In this document: one piece after another, positions 13,160 to 26,239 of the stretch | How positions within the stretch are numbered: position 1 is the stretch's first letter | Layout of the letters: every line of letters begins with the position of its first letter | Source of the DNA: Podospora anserina | Lineage: Eukaryota | Assembly: GCA_017654855.1 (NCBI GenBank) | Contig: CM030338.1 | Coordinates: 558,001-622,000, forward strand | Direction: 5' to 3' | DNA: 64,000 nt | Made by a program: the position numbers and the translations under genes | Notes under the pieces: generated by a model | Databases searched by the model: none | The model's input: the letters and a program-made list of their open reading frames with translations, nothing else | Told to the model about the DNA's origin: nothing

Positions 13160-15742
13160 CAAGTTGATAAACAAGTCGAGGCCGCCCTTCGCCGGCAGAC
13201 CGCACTCGCCTCTGCTGTTCAACTCCCAACCATCCAACTGTCTTGCTTGTCTTTGGCTGGCCTTCTTGCCACGGAGCCCCTCTCTTCTTCTCCTGTCTAT
13301 CTTCACCGCTGCTTTCGATTTCTCTGCTGCTCTCGAATTGGGGATGGACGTGCCCCAATGACCTTCGTCCATTTGTGAAGAGCCCCGCTTGAAAAGCATG
13401 GAGCGACTGGTGATGATGGGTATCCGGCTTGAAAGGTTCGTCGGGCAGCTAATGCCGCAATGTTGAGCGGTCAAGGTGAACGATGTTGGTTCGTTATGCA
13501 GGTCTGGTGTAGCTTCCCGTTGAAAAGAACCGCTGGGGACGAAGCTCAGGCCTCTCTGATAGCTTTGGAATTGGATGAGCGTTGAGTTGACGACAGTTGG
13601 AAATGGAGTGACGGTCTGTCAGGGATGACTTCAAGGAATAGGCGAGGGGGTAGCTAGAATAACAAGGACAGCTGTGGCGGTTGAAAAGGGCCCGCCAAGG
13701 AAAGGAAAGGAAGTCGGAGCGGAATGACATCTTTGCTCCCCACCGTGTGACGGCCGACTTGAGGGCTAAAACAAGGGGATAGTTGACTTGGCTTTCTCCC
13801 CAATCTGATATCTCATTTCTTGTAGATTAGCAAAGGGGCCATTGTATGCCACAAGGTCCCAAGCTTGCTCGAATCGGACGACAAATTCCCGAAAAGAGAA
13901 CCAGACGGCCTCGAGCCCCGAGCTGAGAGTCTGCCCACCTACCATAAACCACCTACTTTGCTGTTGATCAAGTCCCCGTCCTTATGTCCACCGGCCCGCA
14001 TCACGATGGGGCCCGGCCGAGACTGCCGTAACACATCCCACACCTCATAACCCCTTTGGGACTCATGGATATTAGATCGCGGGGTGAGTGACCAGGATAG
14101 GACGTGGATGTCGTAATATCAAGTTTGAGGTTCGCTCACTACGGGTGGCAAGACTGGTCACGGCCATCTGCCTATTGGGGGAATCCGTGTGGGTCTGTCT
14201 GTCTGGACTTCGCCGTTGACGGCTCTGCCTGAACGGTTAGCTACCGCCAACCAGAGCTCTCCTTGCCCAGCCAGAAACGATCAGTACATGGGTAACCAAT
14301 TGTTTGATTCCAAATGTGATGGATCAAGTGAGGGAGACACTTTGAGCAGCTGCAAACAGGAGATATCTCCGGAACGACGCATGGTATGACCTGTGTCGTC
14401 TGGACGGCTTCGGCCGCTTTCATGATGGATCTAGCGAAGCAATAGGCTGTGCGCCAAATCACTTTGCATGCTGTTCTGCCATGTGGGCAACAGGAGAGCA
14501 AGTAGCTAACGACCCTCGTGGGTTTGAATCAATGTTTCCAGGTTGTGGGAAAAGGAGCGGGCCGGTTGATCGTGTTCGATTGGCGAGACCAGGCTGGTGG
14601 TGATGGAATAACCCCGGGCTGCAGCTATGGCCTGCATATGTCAGTCCTAGTTGGGCGCATGCCACGAACGAGTTTTACTGCCGCTCGCAGATCTGACCCA
14701 CTGCCGAGAGAGACAAACAACAGAAGTATCACATCTTTCAAGAGTGCCCCCCCACTCCCAGTAGATGGGGAGACCTACAAATCGAGACCGGCGAAGAAAG
14801 CCAAATGCAGTTGCAGATTCCCCTTTGGGAGCCCCCTACATCCCACTGGGGCCGGGAGCTATCTCGGACATACAGTGGTGAAGGATCATACCACCCTTGT
14901 CCTGGCAGGGGCCGTTTCCCACACGATGGCTCGAGGCATGCGAATATCCGTCGAGCTGTCGCCGCAAGCCTTAGCGGGTCACGGCTTGTGTTCCGGATAG
15001 TTGTGCATTGGGCGCATAATGGCGACGACGAGACGACAGATGTTCGGATGAGGTGGAGCTGAGATGGACTCGAGTCTGAATTCGTCATATTCGCCGCAGG
15101 TCCGACGGGAGACCTTATTTCTACTCTCATGAATATCTGACATGTCTGATGACTATGAGCAGAATATTTGCGGGGTTGCGTTCGAGGGGAGGCGAGGGGA
15201 AAGGTCGTTTGACGGGGATGGCGATGGGGATATGCCGTTTGATTTTGGTCTGTCAAAGAAAGTAGGTCCAGTTGCAGAATGCAGATTGCGTCCGCAGTGG
15301 AGATGGGAGGTTCATGGGTCACACACAGGCTAGGTTTGGAGGAAAAAGTCGCTCACTCGCTCTCTTCTTGGACGAGGAGGACCTTTTGGTCAGTGACGGC
15401 CCTCTGATTGGCCAGTGCCGATAGCATAACCCGGAAGGCACTGAGCAGGGCAGGGAAAAAGAAACTGACAAGAGCTATCCGTTATCGTGCCCTCCTGGCT
15501 ATCTGAGGCCTACAGCCTGTTTGTCTGAGCCGTGAAATTCGCCGTCTCGGAACCATCCCATCTTCACCCGCTGCCCGAGTGGAGCATATGCCCTTCAAAC
15601 GGTGCCTCTTTTCTCACCTCGTGCCAGGACTGTGGGCCAGGACTGTGGGCCTCAGGCCATCAAAACTTGGGCATCATCGAGCATCCAAGCTACATCATCT
15701 TTGAAGCAGCTGCAAAGCTACCTGTCAAAGTACGTACCCATT

Positions 15743-16843
15743 TCACAATGCTGCCATTCCTTCCCGGCCCCGAATTTCCAGCTGCTGATCCAAAACACTC
15801 GATACCATCTCCTCCATGCTGTGCCATCGAGTGATGCCGAGCTCCTTCTCGGTACGGCTCGTATCGACAGTGAAAGGCTCGTCGTATGGGCCCTCAATGT
15901 TGACGGGTATGGCGGGATATTTTGTCTTGACAAACTCCACAACATCATCATAGCATGTTGGGTCCCCAACCACCAAGTATTCAGTCACCAACTCTTCCCG
16001 ACCCAACTCCACATCAAGACTTCGCAGCACCGTCAAGCTTACATCACGGACATCCACCATTGACGCAGGCACAACCGGCTTGCCACCAGGGGGGTTGGTG
16101 AGAGTTGCCATGAGATAGGCATTGACGCCGTTTGGCTTGGATGTTTGTTGGGTGAGATCCCTCCCGAGGACAAAGGTCGGATGCAACGTCACTAAGGAGA
16201 ACTGAGGCTCATGAACCCGCATCCATCCAATCGTGGCTCGATGAGCGAGGATTTTGGAGGTTGCGTACTTGGCTCCATGGCCCGCGGGGCCAGACGGGAA
16301 GGACATCTCCGGGTTGATGGCAAGGGTTGGATTGATACCGGCTATTGTTCAAACCAGTCCGGTTTGTCATTCATAATCTGTTTGCGGGACTTTATTTGGA
16401 TTGCTTCGCTTACCTTTGACTTCCAGACCAGGGGTGTTCATGCTGTCCGGGGGCATCAAGGCCAAGATGGACGACATGATGATTACTCTCTTCACGGCCG
16501 GCGTCTCCGCAGCAGCATTTAATATTGCTTCAGTCCCTGCGACAGCGGGTTGCAGATATTCAGTCTTGAAGTCGTCACCTTTGCCTGGTATGGGTGAGGC
16601 GAGATGGAAGATGGCATTGATATCGTTGGACAGAGCGGACCGAATTGCCTCGGCGTTGTCGATGTTGGGGATGACGGCAAAGTCGAGCTTGGAAGCGTGC
16701 TGGGGGAACCGTGCCTTGACCTCCTCAACTTGAGCCTCCCGCCTGACACTCAAGCGAAGTTGGTGGCCCGCCTTGAGGGCATCGAGCACGACTTGAGAGC
16801 CGATGAAGCCGGTGCCGCCGGTGATGAAGATTCGCAACGCCAT
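15743..16843 (-). CDS. NAD(P)-dependent epimerase/aldehyde reductase (extended SDR)
   Basis: ITGGTGFIG, HLASP, YATSK, VDVRDV; intron ~16342-16413. Confidence 0.9.
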
Positions 16844-17361
16844 GATCGATGTGGTGCTACTGGCTGGTGTTGTGATATGAAAGAAAGGGGTGCTTGATAC
16901 CTTAAGTAGGTGATACGATCTCTGGTGTCATGTGATCTCTTCCCCTCGCTACAATGAGATTTGCCTGTTGGTCATTAGTGATACATGGTTGGTGTGTTGG
17001 GCGCAGAAAAGGGATCAATAATCACTGCGTTGATGTAACTTTGCTGAGCGAATAATTCTCAAAACCGACAACACGTGTGACGTGTGGAGAATGTTGATGA
17101 TTACAACAGCATCGCATTGTTGATCAGTGATCATGTATGTAATCACCACCTGGCCTCCCAGGCCATGCCACCTCGGCATCATTATTCAACAAATCCATGC
17201 CGACAAATCAATCTCTGGCGTGATGTGTCGTACATTATACTTGCCCTAATCAAGACGAAATGTTACAAAAGAGCATGACTGCTCTCCAATAGCTGGCACC
17301 TCTCACTCTTCACTTCCAAACAGCATCGCCCCTCCACCCTCTATCACCCCCAAACCACACC

Positions 17362-17920
17362 ATGCCCCTCTGGCTCATCTACCACCCCCTCCAAACCTTC
17401 ACCACCCCCGAATCCAAATCCGCCCTCGTCAAATCCATAACCTCAATCTACACCTCCTCCGGCCTCCCCGCCTTCTACGTAGTCATCAACTTCATTCCCC
17501 TCTCCCCCGATGACAACACCTTCATCGGCGGGGAGCCCTCCTCTGCCCGATCCAAACCCTTCATCCGCTTTGTAGCCGAGCACATCGCCGTCCACGTCAG
17601 TCACAACCCCGGCAGTCAAGAGCGAACAATCAAGCGGATCGACGACGCTTTGCGACCGCATGTGGAGGAGAAGGGGTATGACTGGGAGTGGCACGTTGAC
17701 GAGACGCCTAGGGCGTTGTGGAAGATCAATGGCTTTGTTCCGCCTCCTTGTAAGCAACCCCGAGACGAGATCGAGGAAAGGAGGGGAGGATGCTGCCTAG
17801 TGAACAGTTGGGAGCAAGGCCGAGAAGGAGTGGGCTGAGTTGAACAGGCCGGTGCCGTGGGAGGAGGAGGAAAAGGAGGGAAACCAAAGGGGTGATCGGA
17901 GGTATGTGGTATCGATGTGA
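17362..17920 (+). CDS. tautomerase superfamily (cis-CaaD-like) protein
   Basis: N-terminal Met-Pro (MPLWLIYHP), LPAFYVVINF, DWEWHVDETPRALWKING; intron ~17750-17807. Confidence 0.85.
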
Positions 17921-17996
17921 TTACAAGCGGTATGCTATGCTATATGTATGTCCAACGGCACCTGATCTATCCTATTCTTCTCGCCTTCTATCGCTT

Positions 17997-19094
17997 TCAA
18001 ATCCCGGGCAACCCAATGATGCTCCTGAGGGCGGGCACGTTCCGGGGGAGAATATACGTAGTGTACAGAGCCGTCAAGGCGACAAGCAGCCCAGTGAGCT
18101 GTAGTCAAAGTTAGCCTCTCTTCACTCGACATGACAAGAAGCGAAAACATACCTTCTCAAACCAAGTATGGAAATAAATCGCCGTCATCAACAACATCCA
18201 AGCACACAACCCCACCACTCCCACCGCCACTTTCCCCCCATGCCCCAACCCCTCCATCACCCCCGTCCCCCTCCCAATATCCTCCCCCTGATACCTCACC
18301 TCCCTCTCCACCTCCGCCGTCGCCCCCTTAACCGCCCCATCAGCCATCACAACCGCCCTCTCCTCCCTCACAAACCTCACCCACCTTCCAACAACCCACC
18401 CAACCTCCTGCAACAAAAAACAACTCCCCAACACCAACAAAAACACATGCCCCGAGATATCATGGCCCCCCGACCACCTCCCCCCAGCACTCTTGCACGC
18501 CGCCGCAGTAAAAACCTCCTTGACACCCACATCCCCCGCATCCTTCTCGGAAATCTCCGCCATCTTAACCTGACACTTCCCCCCCGTAAACCTAAACCCC
18601 CTATCGATAATCGCCGGCCCAAAAAACCACTGCGTCACAAACACCCACCACGCCGTCACCACCGCCCATCGTATCGTCGCCCGGCTCTTTTGCGCCGATG
18701 TCCTGACAGCGGGGTGCGTGAAAATAAAGAGGAAGAAAGAAAATGTTATCCACCCCCACCCGCGCTTCACAAAGAGGACGTTGAAAAGGTTATTTTTGCG
18801 GGCAAAGTAGGATGGGGAGAGGGAGCCCTGGTCGTGGGATTGGGTGAGGGGGTTGTAGGTGGAGGATTGGACGTCTGGAGATAAGACGGCGAAGAAGGTG
18901 CCGAAGATGAGGAGGAAGGGGTAGATGCTCAGGAGGGCGAGCTCGGTTGGGGTGGGGAGGAGGGGGTTGTTTCTTGGTGGCGCGGTTCGGGTTGTTGTTG
19001 AGGAGGAGATGTGGACTGTTTGGGAGGAGGGGGAGAGGGAAGAAGGGGAGACGTGTCGGCGGGAGGGGCCGGAGGGCGGTGGTGGTGAGTCCAT
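17997..19094 (-). CDS. SCS3: FIT family acyl-CoA diphosphatase (Scs3p/FIT2)
   Basis: NVLFVKRGWGW, WFFGPAIIDR, GHDISGHVFLL, TAIYFHTWFEK; intron ~18100-18152; last exon LTGLLVAL..GLPGI*. Confidence 0.9.
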
Positions 19095-19979
19095 CGTTTG
19101 GCCCGTCGTGTTTTTCTTTTGAGGATGGAAAGGTTTGTTGGGTTATACTCGTTCGGGTGGAGTCGCGTTTGGTGGTTGCATTGGAGAGGATAGCAAGAGG
19201 TTCGTAGAGTAAAGAAACAGGAGTATTAAACACGAGGATAAAACGTCGTTGCGAGAGCGCAGGCTCGACAAAGAAGCTGGCTTGGTGATGTTTTGGAGCA
19301 AAGTCGCAAATCGCAAATTCGAAAGCTATGACGTTGTTCAACACTGCCTTGGCAACTGCTTTGGACCGGTCGTGATCGCGCCGAGGCTTGTTGATTATGT
19401 AACATTCGCCGAAGCTCGGACCTCAACGCCACGAATCCCCGAGCACACAAAAAAACGGGAGGCGGGAATGGCGTCGTTTTTTTGTCCGATTCTCATCACA
19501 AATGATCAATCACACGTCAAGAAAATGACATCTCAGAAAAATACGCCTCGCAGCCATTTTTGTTTGTACTACCTAGTAAGTTCGTGTTGTCCACTGCGCT
19601 GTATAGTATCCCCTGTTTTCCCCAGCCAGCCACGGCTCTCAAATCATGCATCCATTCATGCAGCTTTCCCCCCTTCCTAGAACGCCATGGCCCAAACAAA
19701 TGAACATGGAGAAGAAAAAAGAAAAGAAAATCATGGGTAAATGCCGCTTGGGCCACAGTTCGAAGAAGAGAAAGAAAACAAAAGACCACCAATGCAGATA
19801 GAAAGAAAAAAGCACAAATCCATGTCCCACCCCCCGCTTTCTGTCCCTCAGGGTATCTCATAAACTAATCCCGCGCAATCCCATCCCTTTGTTTTTTCCC
19901 GTTTCCTTTATCTGCTCCCACAGGAAGGACGGTTCCCAGTAGAACCCTTCCCAGAGGAAGAACCCCTCCCAGCCGCGCT

Positions 19980-22346
19980 CTAGGCAGCCTGGGCCTGAGG
20001 CTCCGACGTGAACAGCGCAAGGGTGGCGCAAAAGTTGTTCCTGTTGTCCTTGTCGAGAGCAACGCCCTCGCCGTTGACAGTCAACATGTTGACGCTGGCC
20101 TTGGTGCTAAGGCCGTAAAAGTGCACCGCCGAGTCCTCGAGAGACACCATGTTGACCTGGCAGTCCTGGCTCTTGACGCAGTCCTGGCCGTAGTTGTCAA
20201 AGAAGGAGTAGAGACCCGCGCCGTAGATGAAGATGTCCTTGGAGTTAATAGCCCGGACACCCCACGCTCTCTTGCAGGTCGGGTCGCTCGAGTTGGCGCA
20301 CGACTTCTCAAAGTCAGGGTCGGCATAGGTGGGGTTGACGGTGAAGGGCTTGGTCGCGTCGGGGTTGCCTTGGAAGTACGGGGTCTCGGTCTGGATGAGG
20401 GCGAGCCAGATGTTGGAGGCGTTGTTGAACTGGTAGTTTTGGAGGACCGAGTGCTCAGAGGCGGTGGCCCAGCCCCAGACGGGTCCTTCTCCCTCGATGA
20501 GGACACCGCGGCCGTTGAAGACATCAATCTGACCGTCCTTGGCCTCGGGCTCGAGAGAGTGGTCGGCAACCCAATACCACGTGTTCTCGAGGTAGGCGCT
20601 ACCACCGGCCGGGATGTGGAGCATCATGAAAGAACCAAAGCACTGCTCGGGAATGGTGTTGGTGACGTTGGGGTTCTTTGCACACTGCTCCAGTTCAAGC
20701 TCGGTGCCGCGGTACCCACCGATGCGGGTGTGGACATCCCAGAGGCCGGCAGCGCCAGGCGTAGTACCCTTGACGTTCCACTCCATGATGATGGCGCCGG
20801 GCTGGGGACCAGCAGTGCCGAAGATGAGATCAGACATCTCAACGTTGCCAACATCACCGGGCTGGCCAACCTGGAAGACGGGCTTGGGGTTGGCCTGGTC
20901 CTTGAAGAACTGGTCACCTCCAGCAAGGATCAGAGGCCAAATCTCGCCAGTGATTTTGATGTCCTTGGGGACCTTGACAGTCTTGGTGATGATGTAGGCA
21001 CCATGGTCAAAGTAGACAACTTGATCAGGAGTAACGCTGTCAAAGATCTTCTGGATGGCGTCGGTGTCGTCCGTCTTGCCATCGCCCTTGGCACCTTGGG
21101 ACTTGACGCTGACAAAGTTGCCAACCGGGACGTCCTCGTATTGAGGCTTGGTGCGGGTGAAGACCTTGCCAGTGGCCTGGTCGAGCAGAGAGGCAGGCTT
21201 CCGGACGTTCTGCTGGGCGCTTTGTACAGCACGGCCGGCAGCAGCTCCGCTGACAGCTCCGCCGTAGGTCTTGCCTTGGACGAAAAAGTCCACCTTTTGG
21301 TTGCCCTCGAGAATCACAGACTGGGTGGCATTGTTCAGAACAGCCTGCTGAGAACCCGAGAAGTCAACGTTGTCCAGAATGAGGGTGCCATTGGTCTGGG
21401 GAGAATCGGGGTTGTAGGCAGTCTTGATACCGGTGGGGGTGTTGGTAAAAACGCTGTCAACCATCAAGACAGACCCGACAGTCTGACCCTCAGGCCCACC
21501 GTTGGACATGTCAATACCGACTTGGCAGTCGTTGATGTGAACGTCCTGGAAAGTCCAAGCCCAGTTCCAGTTCATGTAGATGGCAGTCTGGCAGCGGTTG
21601 AAGGTGAGGTTGCGGGTAGTGAACTGCTGATTGCCAAAGAAGGCACCATACTGGCCACCATTGAAAGTAAGATCAACCATGAAACCGCCGGAGCCGTTGT
21701 CCATGAAGATACCCAGCTGCTTGTTCGCGGAACCACCGTCCTCACGCATGTTGAAGACAATATTGTGCAGACTGGTGGCCTGGGCGACCTGCCAGTGGAT
21801 GCCGGCACCCTTGTCGAATGGCATGTCCTTGATGTCGATGACAAAGTTGCGAACCTGGCGGAAGAAGTTGTTCTGGTTGGTCCACCAGTTGCGGCCGTCA
21901 TTCTCGTAGGGATCAGCGTCAATCACGGCCATGCCTTCAAAGTCGGCGGTGGCCTTGAGAGTCGGAGGGTTGATGGCATCACCGACCATCTGGGTGTAGT
22001 AGTAGGGAATGATCGGCTTGCTGACGCGGTAGGTGCCGGGAGGGAAGTACACAAGACCGGGAGTCGTGGTCTGAGAGGTGCAGCCGAGACCACAGCGGTT
22101 CTGGTCGCTGATGGCCCTGTTGATGGCCTCGGTATCATCGGTGGCGCCATCGCCCTTGGCACCGTAGTCTTGAACATTGCGGAAGACCTTGTAGTTGGCA
22201 GGGTCGGCGTTGAAGGCAGCATTACCTTGCCGCTTGATGGTACTGAGCCACCAGCCAGATTCCTGGCGAGGGGCTGGGGCCGCAACGGAAGGTGAGACGA
22301 CCCCTATCGCCAGTAATAGTAACGTGGAGAGTTTTGAGAGACCCAT
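19980..22346 (-). CDS. secreted GH55 exo-beta-1,3-glucanase
   Basis: Signal peptide; two YGAKGDG/QGAKGDG..DDT beta-helix starts; NQNNFFRQVRNF, HWQVAQATSL, IQTETPYFQ. Confidence 0.95.
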   Translation of the reverse strand: MGLSKLSTLLLLAIGVVSPSVAAPAPRQESGWWLSTIKRQGNAAFNADPANYKVFRNVQDYGAKGDGATDDTEAINRAISDQNRCGLGCTSQTTTPGLVYFPPGTYRVSKPIIPYYYTQMVGDAINPPTLKATADFEGMAVIDADPYENDGRNWWTNQNNFFRQVRNFVIDIKDMPFDKGAGIHWQVAQATSLHNIVFNMREDGGSANKQLGIFMDNGSGGFMVDLTFNGGQYGAFFGNQQFTTRNLTFNRCQTAIYMNWNWAWTFQDVHINDCQVGIDMSNGGPEGQTVGSVLMVDSVFTNTPTGIKTAYNPDSPQTNGTLILDNVDFSGSQQAVLNNATQSVILEGNQKVDFFVQGKTYGGAVSGAAAGRAVQSAQQNVRKPASLLDQATGKVFTRTKPQYEDVPVGNFVSVKSQGAKGDGKTDDTDAIQKIFDSVTPDQVVYFDHGAYIITKTVKVPKDIKITGEIWPLILAGGDQFFKDQANPKPVFQVGQPGDVGNVEMSDLIFGTAGPQPGAIIMEWNVKGTTPGAAGLWDVHTRIGGYRGTELELEQCAKNPNVTNTIPEQCFGSFMMLHIPAGGSAYLENTWYWVADHSLEPEAKDGQIDVFNGRGVLIEGEGPVWGWATASEHSVLQNYQFNNASNIWLALIQTETPYFQGNPDATKPFTVNPTYADPDFEKSCANSSDPTCKRAWGVRAINSKDIFIYGAGLYSFFDNYGQDCVKSQDCQVNMVSLEDSAVHFYGLSTKASVNMLTVNGEGVALDKDNRNNFCATLALFTSEPQAQAA

Positions 22347-25300
22347 CGTGGTAATGCCAGCTATCTCGTAATGGTGGTGCTGTCAAAAGTGAGTGTTATG
22401 GTGTAGAGTCGAAAAGGAAGTGGAAAACTGAGAAGATGTTAGACCAGCTATTTTTCAGAAGTGGGAAAAAGGAAAAAAGGAAAAAAAAACAAGAATGAGT
22501 GTCCAGCTCCAGCTGAGTGTGGTGTCAAGTTTGCTTAAGCAGCGAGGAAGAAGAAAAGACAAACGAGGAAGGTGCGAAAAGAAGAAATATAAGGTCGCGT
22601 GAAGCAGAGCGCGCGTGCCAGGCCGTCAAGGTGCTCGCCCCAAAAATTGGGATGAATGGCATTGTTGGAAGCCAGAGCAACCTTTGCCATCCTCCCAGGT
22701 CCCTCTCTTCTAGACAAAGCTATGGAGGTGAAGCTCCATGTGGTTCCCACGCTCCACTTCCATCACTTGAGTGTTTGTCCATGTGTTTATCCCAATGTAG
22801 AGAGCACGAATAGAAAGGTGATCAGATGAAGACTTACTTTGTGAAATGTGCCGGCCCAGCCAGGTTTGCTGATTCACTGCCGGCAGAGAGCGACTCGGGA
22901 GTGTGAGGAGAAGAGAGATGAAGTGACCGTCAGATTGGGATGTTGGAAGATGTGGTAGTTAAACAGCCCAAGCCTGTTGTTTACGCTGAGTGAGGGTGAG
23001 AAAAGGGTCCGGGGGCTGCATTGGTGTCCGGCGGCATCCAGTCTTATACTGCATGTGTCGGTCCATGTGTCCCATGTTTCATCAGACAGGGTTTCCTGGA
23101 CGTATCTGACGGCATTCATAGCTGGTGGCAAGTGAATAGCCGCCCCATGATCACTGCTGTCTTGCACCACGCAGGTACAAGCACGACAAGGTCCGCCGTG
23201 ACAGCAGTACCAACCTGGCCTCGGGGGATATGTGGGGTCTGGACAAGCATTGATCTGCCGCCGGGTGCCTTGAAAGCATAGGAACGTCAGCCTTCCCCAC
23301 CCCCCCATACCGGCGCGAGGGGCAGTATTGTCACTGGCGGGCAGAGGGGGGAAGAGGTATGGGGCAAGGTACCTGGGGTGATGGAGGCGATGACTCTTGG
23401 ACAGCTCATGGGCGAATCATCATCCCATGGACCTTAAGATCTTGCATGGTTGACAGCTCTAGAAATCGGGCCTCACTCGGTGGGGACTGATCTTGAAGAA
23501 AAGAAACACGGGGTTCGCCGGGCTCGCAATTGGCTGGGAGCACCAGGTGGTCCAAACATGCTACCGTAGCAGTAGCTCCATAGCTCGGCACAGCAGACAG
23601 CAGGCAAGCTCTTGGGTCTGGCGACAGGATAACAAGGCATCAGACGGCACGACCAGGTGGAAGGTTGGGCAGGATACAAGGTTGATATTCAAGGGGGGTT
23701 CTTCATGCAACCGTCGATCGCTGCGGGTGCTGTGGTGCTCTGGAATGGAATGATGTCTCCGTGTCGGTGTTGTGGCGCACACAGGGGGCGGCTTCACAGG
23801 GACTGGTGGAAGATCGCCGAGGCGGGTCTTGGCAGAGATGGTGGCTTGATCTTATCTTGTGGAGTGCATCCACACATCAAGAACCGAAGCGCTTGGGCCG
23901 TGAGAAACAATTGGCCACTGGACACTTGGAGAGGAGAGAAACTGCGAGATATTACTTTGAGGCGGTGATGGAAAACTAGTGGTGTATGTAGAATTCGACC
24001 GAGAGAAATTGACTGGTGGTGCCCTGTCTATTTCTTGATGGCCTCACCATCTCTTGCTGTGTGCAAAACGACCGCCGGTTGTGGCAGCGTTTCAAAACCC
24101 AGTGTGGGGTCTCTGGGGATACCTTAAAGTAGAACTCCACTGGCTTTGTAACCCCACCATTCCCGGGCGGCTCTTCCCAGCCATTCAGTGCCGCCCCCAC
24201 CACCGTCTTCTCACACACATCCACACATGCACACACATCACAGCCTGTTCTGCAGTGTTTGAGAAACTTCCCCTTGCGGACCTGCCGCCCGCTGTGAGTG
24301 GCCCATTGCAACCCATGGCGCCACCAGAGGCATCTACGCGGCGTAGAACAGGGGGACAACTGCCTCCCGTTGCTGTCGGCAGACGTCCTCCGTCGTACTA
24401 CCACCCTACCAATGCTTCGTGGCTTACCTCCGCGTGTCTCACAAACTTTGAGTGCGCTATAATATGGGACGGAAACAGCAAGCACCCCATAAGGTAGCCA
24501 GAGCACACCCATAGCCATTCTCTTGGCCATGAGTTTGCCGCAGATATATTGACCTCCTCGCTTGCTTCCTTCCTCAGGGTCATTTATTTCTTCATCATCA
24601 ATCTCCATCACATCACAGGCAGGGCAGTTAGTTTGTCGTCCATTCCAGGGTTCAAGTTACTCGGCCGAACCTACACAAACACTTGCACAAATTTCCTTTT
24701 CCCCTTGTTCTTCAGCTGCCTACCTACGTTTGAGTATCCTCTCCCAACTTGACCTATTCTCCGTCCAGGAACATTTCGGTCTGTCTCGCGGCCGTCTTTT
24801 TCTCGCCGGTGAATATCTTTGTCATCACCAGCCATGTCTCTCGATTTGTTCCATCATTCTCTTCTTGGCAGGCACATGCAAGACAAGTCACCAGTAGAGC
24901 CGCCGCCAGACACATCACATCGTCAACCTGAGACACTGGAGGCTACGTTGCAGTTACATGCACACAGTTGAGGGAGGGGGGACTTTCGACTCGATGGTGG
25001 AAGAATATTCTTGTTCTGACCTCAAGATTCTCTTGCTTTCAATACTTTATGCATCGACGTCGCCTTGTTTGCCGTAGCCTCCATGAAAATTCCGCCGACG
25101 ATAACGTTTGATCATAAGCCCATTCCTTGGTCATCATATATCCGCCGCTGCCAGTCCAGATCCTCCATTGTCAATGGGACGTTGTGGCAACCGGCAAAGC
25201 GGTGGCAAACCCTCCCGACTCGCGGGCGGCACGCACGGAACCCATCCCCTGACCACCCTCTCGCTCTCGGTCCTTTCCCTCCGTTTGTGTCACCGGACCG

Positions 25301-26239
25301 GTCGGCAGGCCAATGGCACAACTTCGGGGGTCAGGAGAAGAACCAACAACTCCTTAACAATCCCAAGACATACATAATATTGCTTCCAGACATATAAAAT
25401 AAAAAACCCCTCCCAAAAAACGTGGTCACCATGACACAAACAAACTCTACCCAGAGCCTCGCTCCTCCACAAACCCCTCCCAGCAAAGCCAGCCACGTGT
25501 CCTGCCTCCTTGAGTGCTCTCCTCTTCCTGCCCCTTTCCTCCTGCAGTGCCCATGTCACCCCGTGTTGACCAAGAGTCCAACGTGTGACCGACTGAATAG
25601 CATCAAGCAGTGCCTTCACGTCTCCATTCACAGCATCAAATGCTGTCTAATACCCCAAAATTCCTCAACATGTCAAAAGCACACAGAAACGGCATGATTC
25701 CCTCCGTGAGCTTATTTTTGTTTTGTCGGTTGTGAAAAAAAGTGTAACAATTAAAATACTTCTATAATAGCAGAGGCACCAGTCCCCTGTATCTCATCTC
25801 TACCCCTGATAAACCGCGAAAAGCTCAAAGACTTTGCAAAAAAATTTAAAAAAATTTAAAAAAGATGAAGAAAAAGAAAGGCGTCGAGATGCTCGCTTCC
25901 CTTGTCTCCATCCAATCCATCCACCCATTCATTCAACACTCATTCCTCCATTCTCCCACTCGGAACCAACATACATATCCATCCTTCCACACATATCCAG
26001 GACATACATTTGCCCTCATCCTCGTCAATCTCGTCCCATCCAATCCGTCCGTCCCATCCTGCCCAAAGAGAGAAGAAAAAAAGCACAAACAACTCCCCAG
26101 TCGCAATGCAAAATGAACAAGACAAGGCCAGAAAAAGAAAAAAACCAGCCTCAAAAAGCAATGGCTAGTCCAAGGCTCCCTAAGTGTAAAATGCCAGCAA
26201 TCGCTAATGCCGCGCCCAAAAAAGACAAAATCACCTATG

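Noticed and set aside
13500-15700. Several 60-190-aa ORFs
   Set aside because: No motifs or coding bias; probably regulatory/intergenic
20121-22295. 724-aa plus-strand ORF
   Set aside because: Antisense shadow of the strongly codon-biased GH55 gene; no motifs
22400-26200. ORFs in the long region upstream of GH55
   Set aside because: No recognisable domains; low-complexity UTR/intergenic sequence
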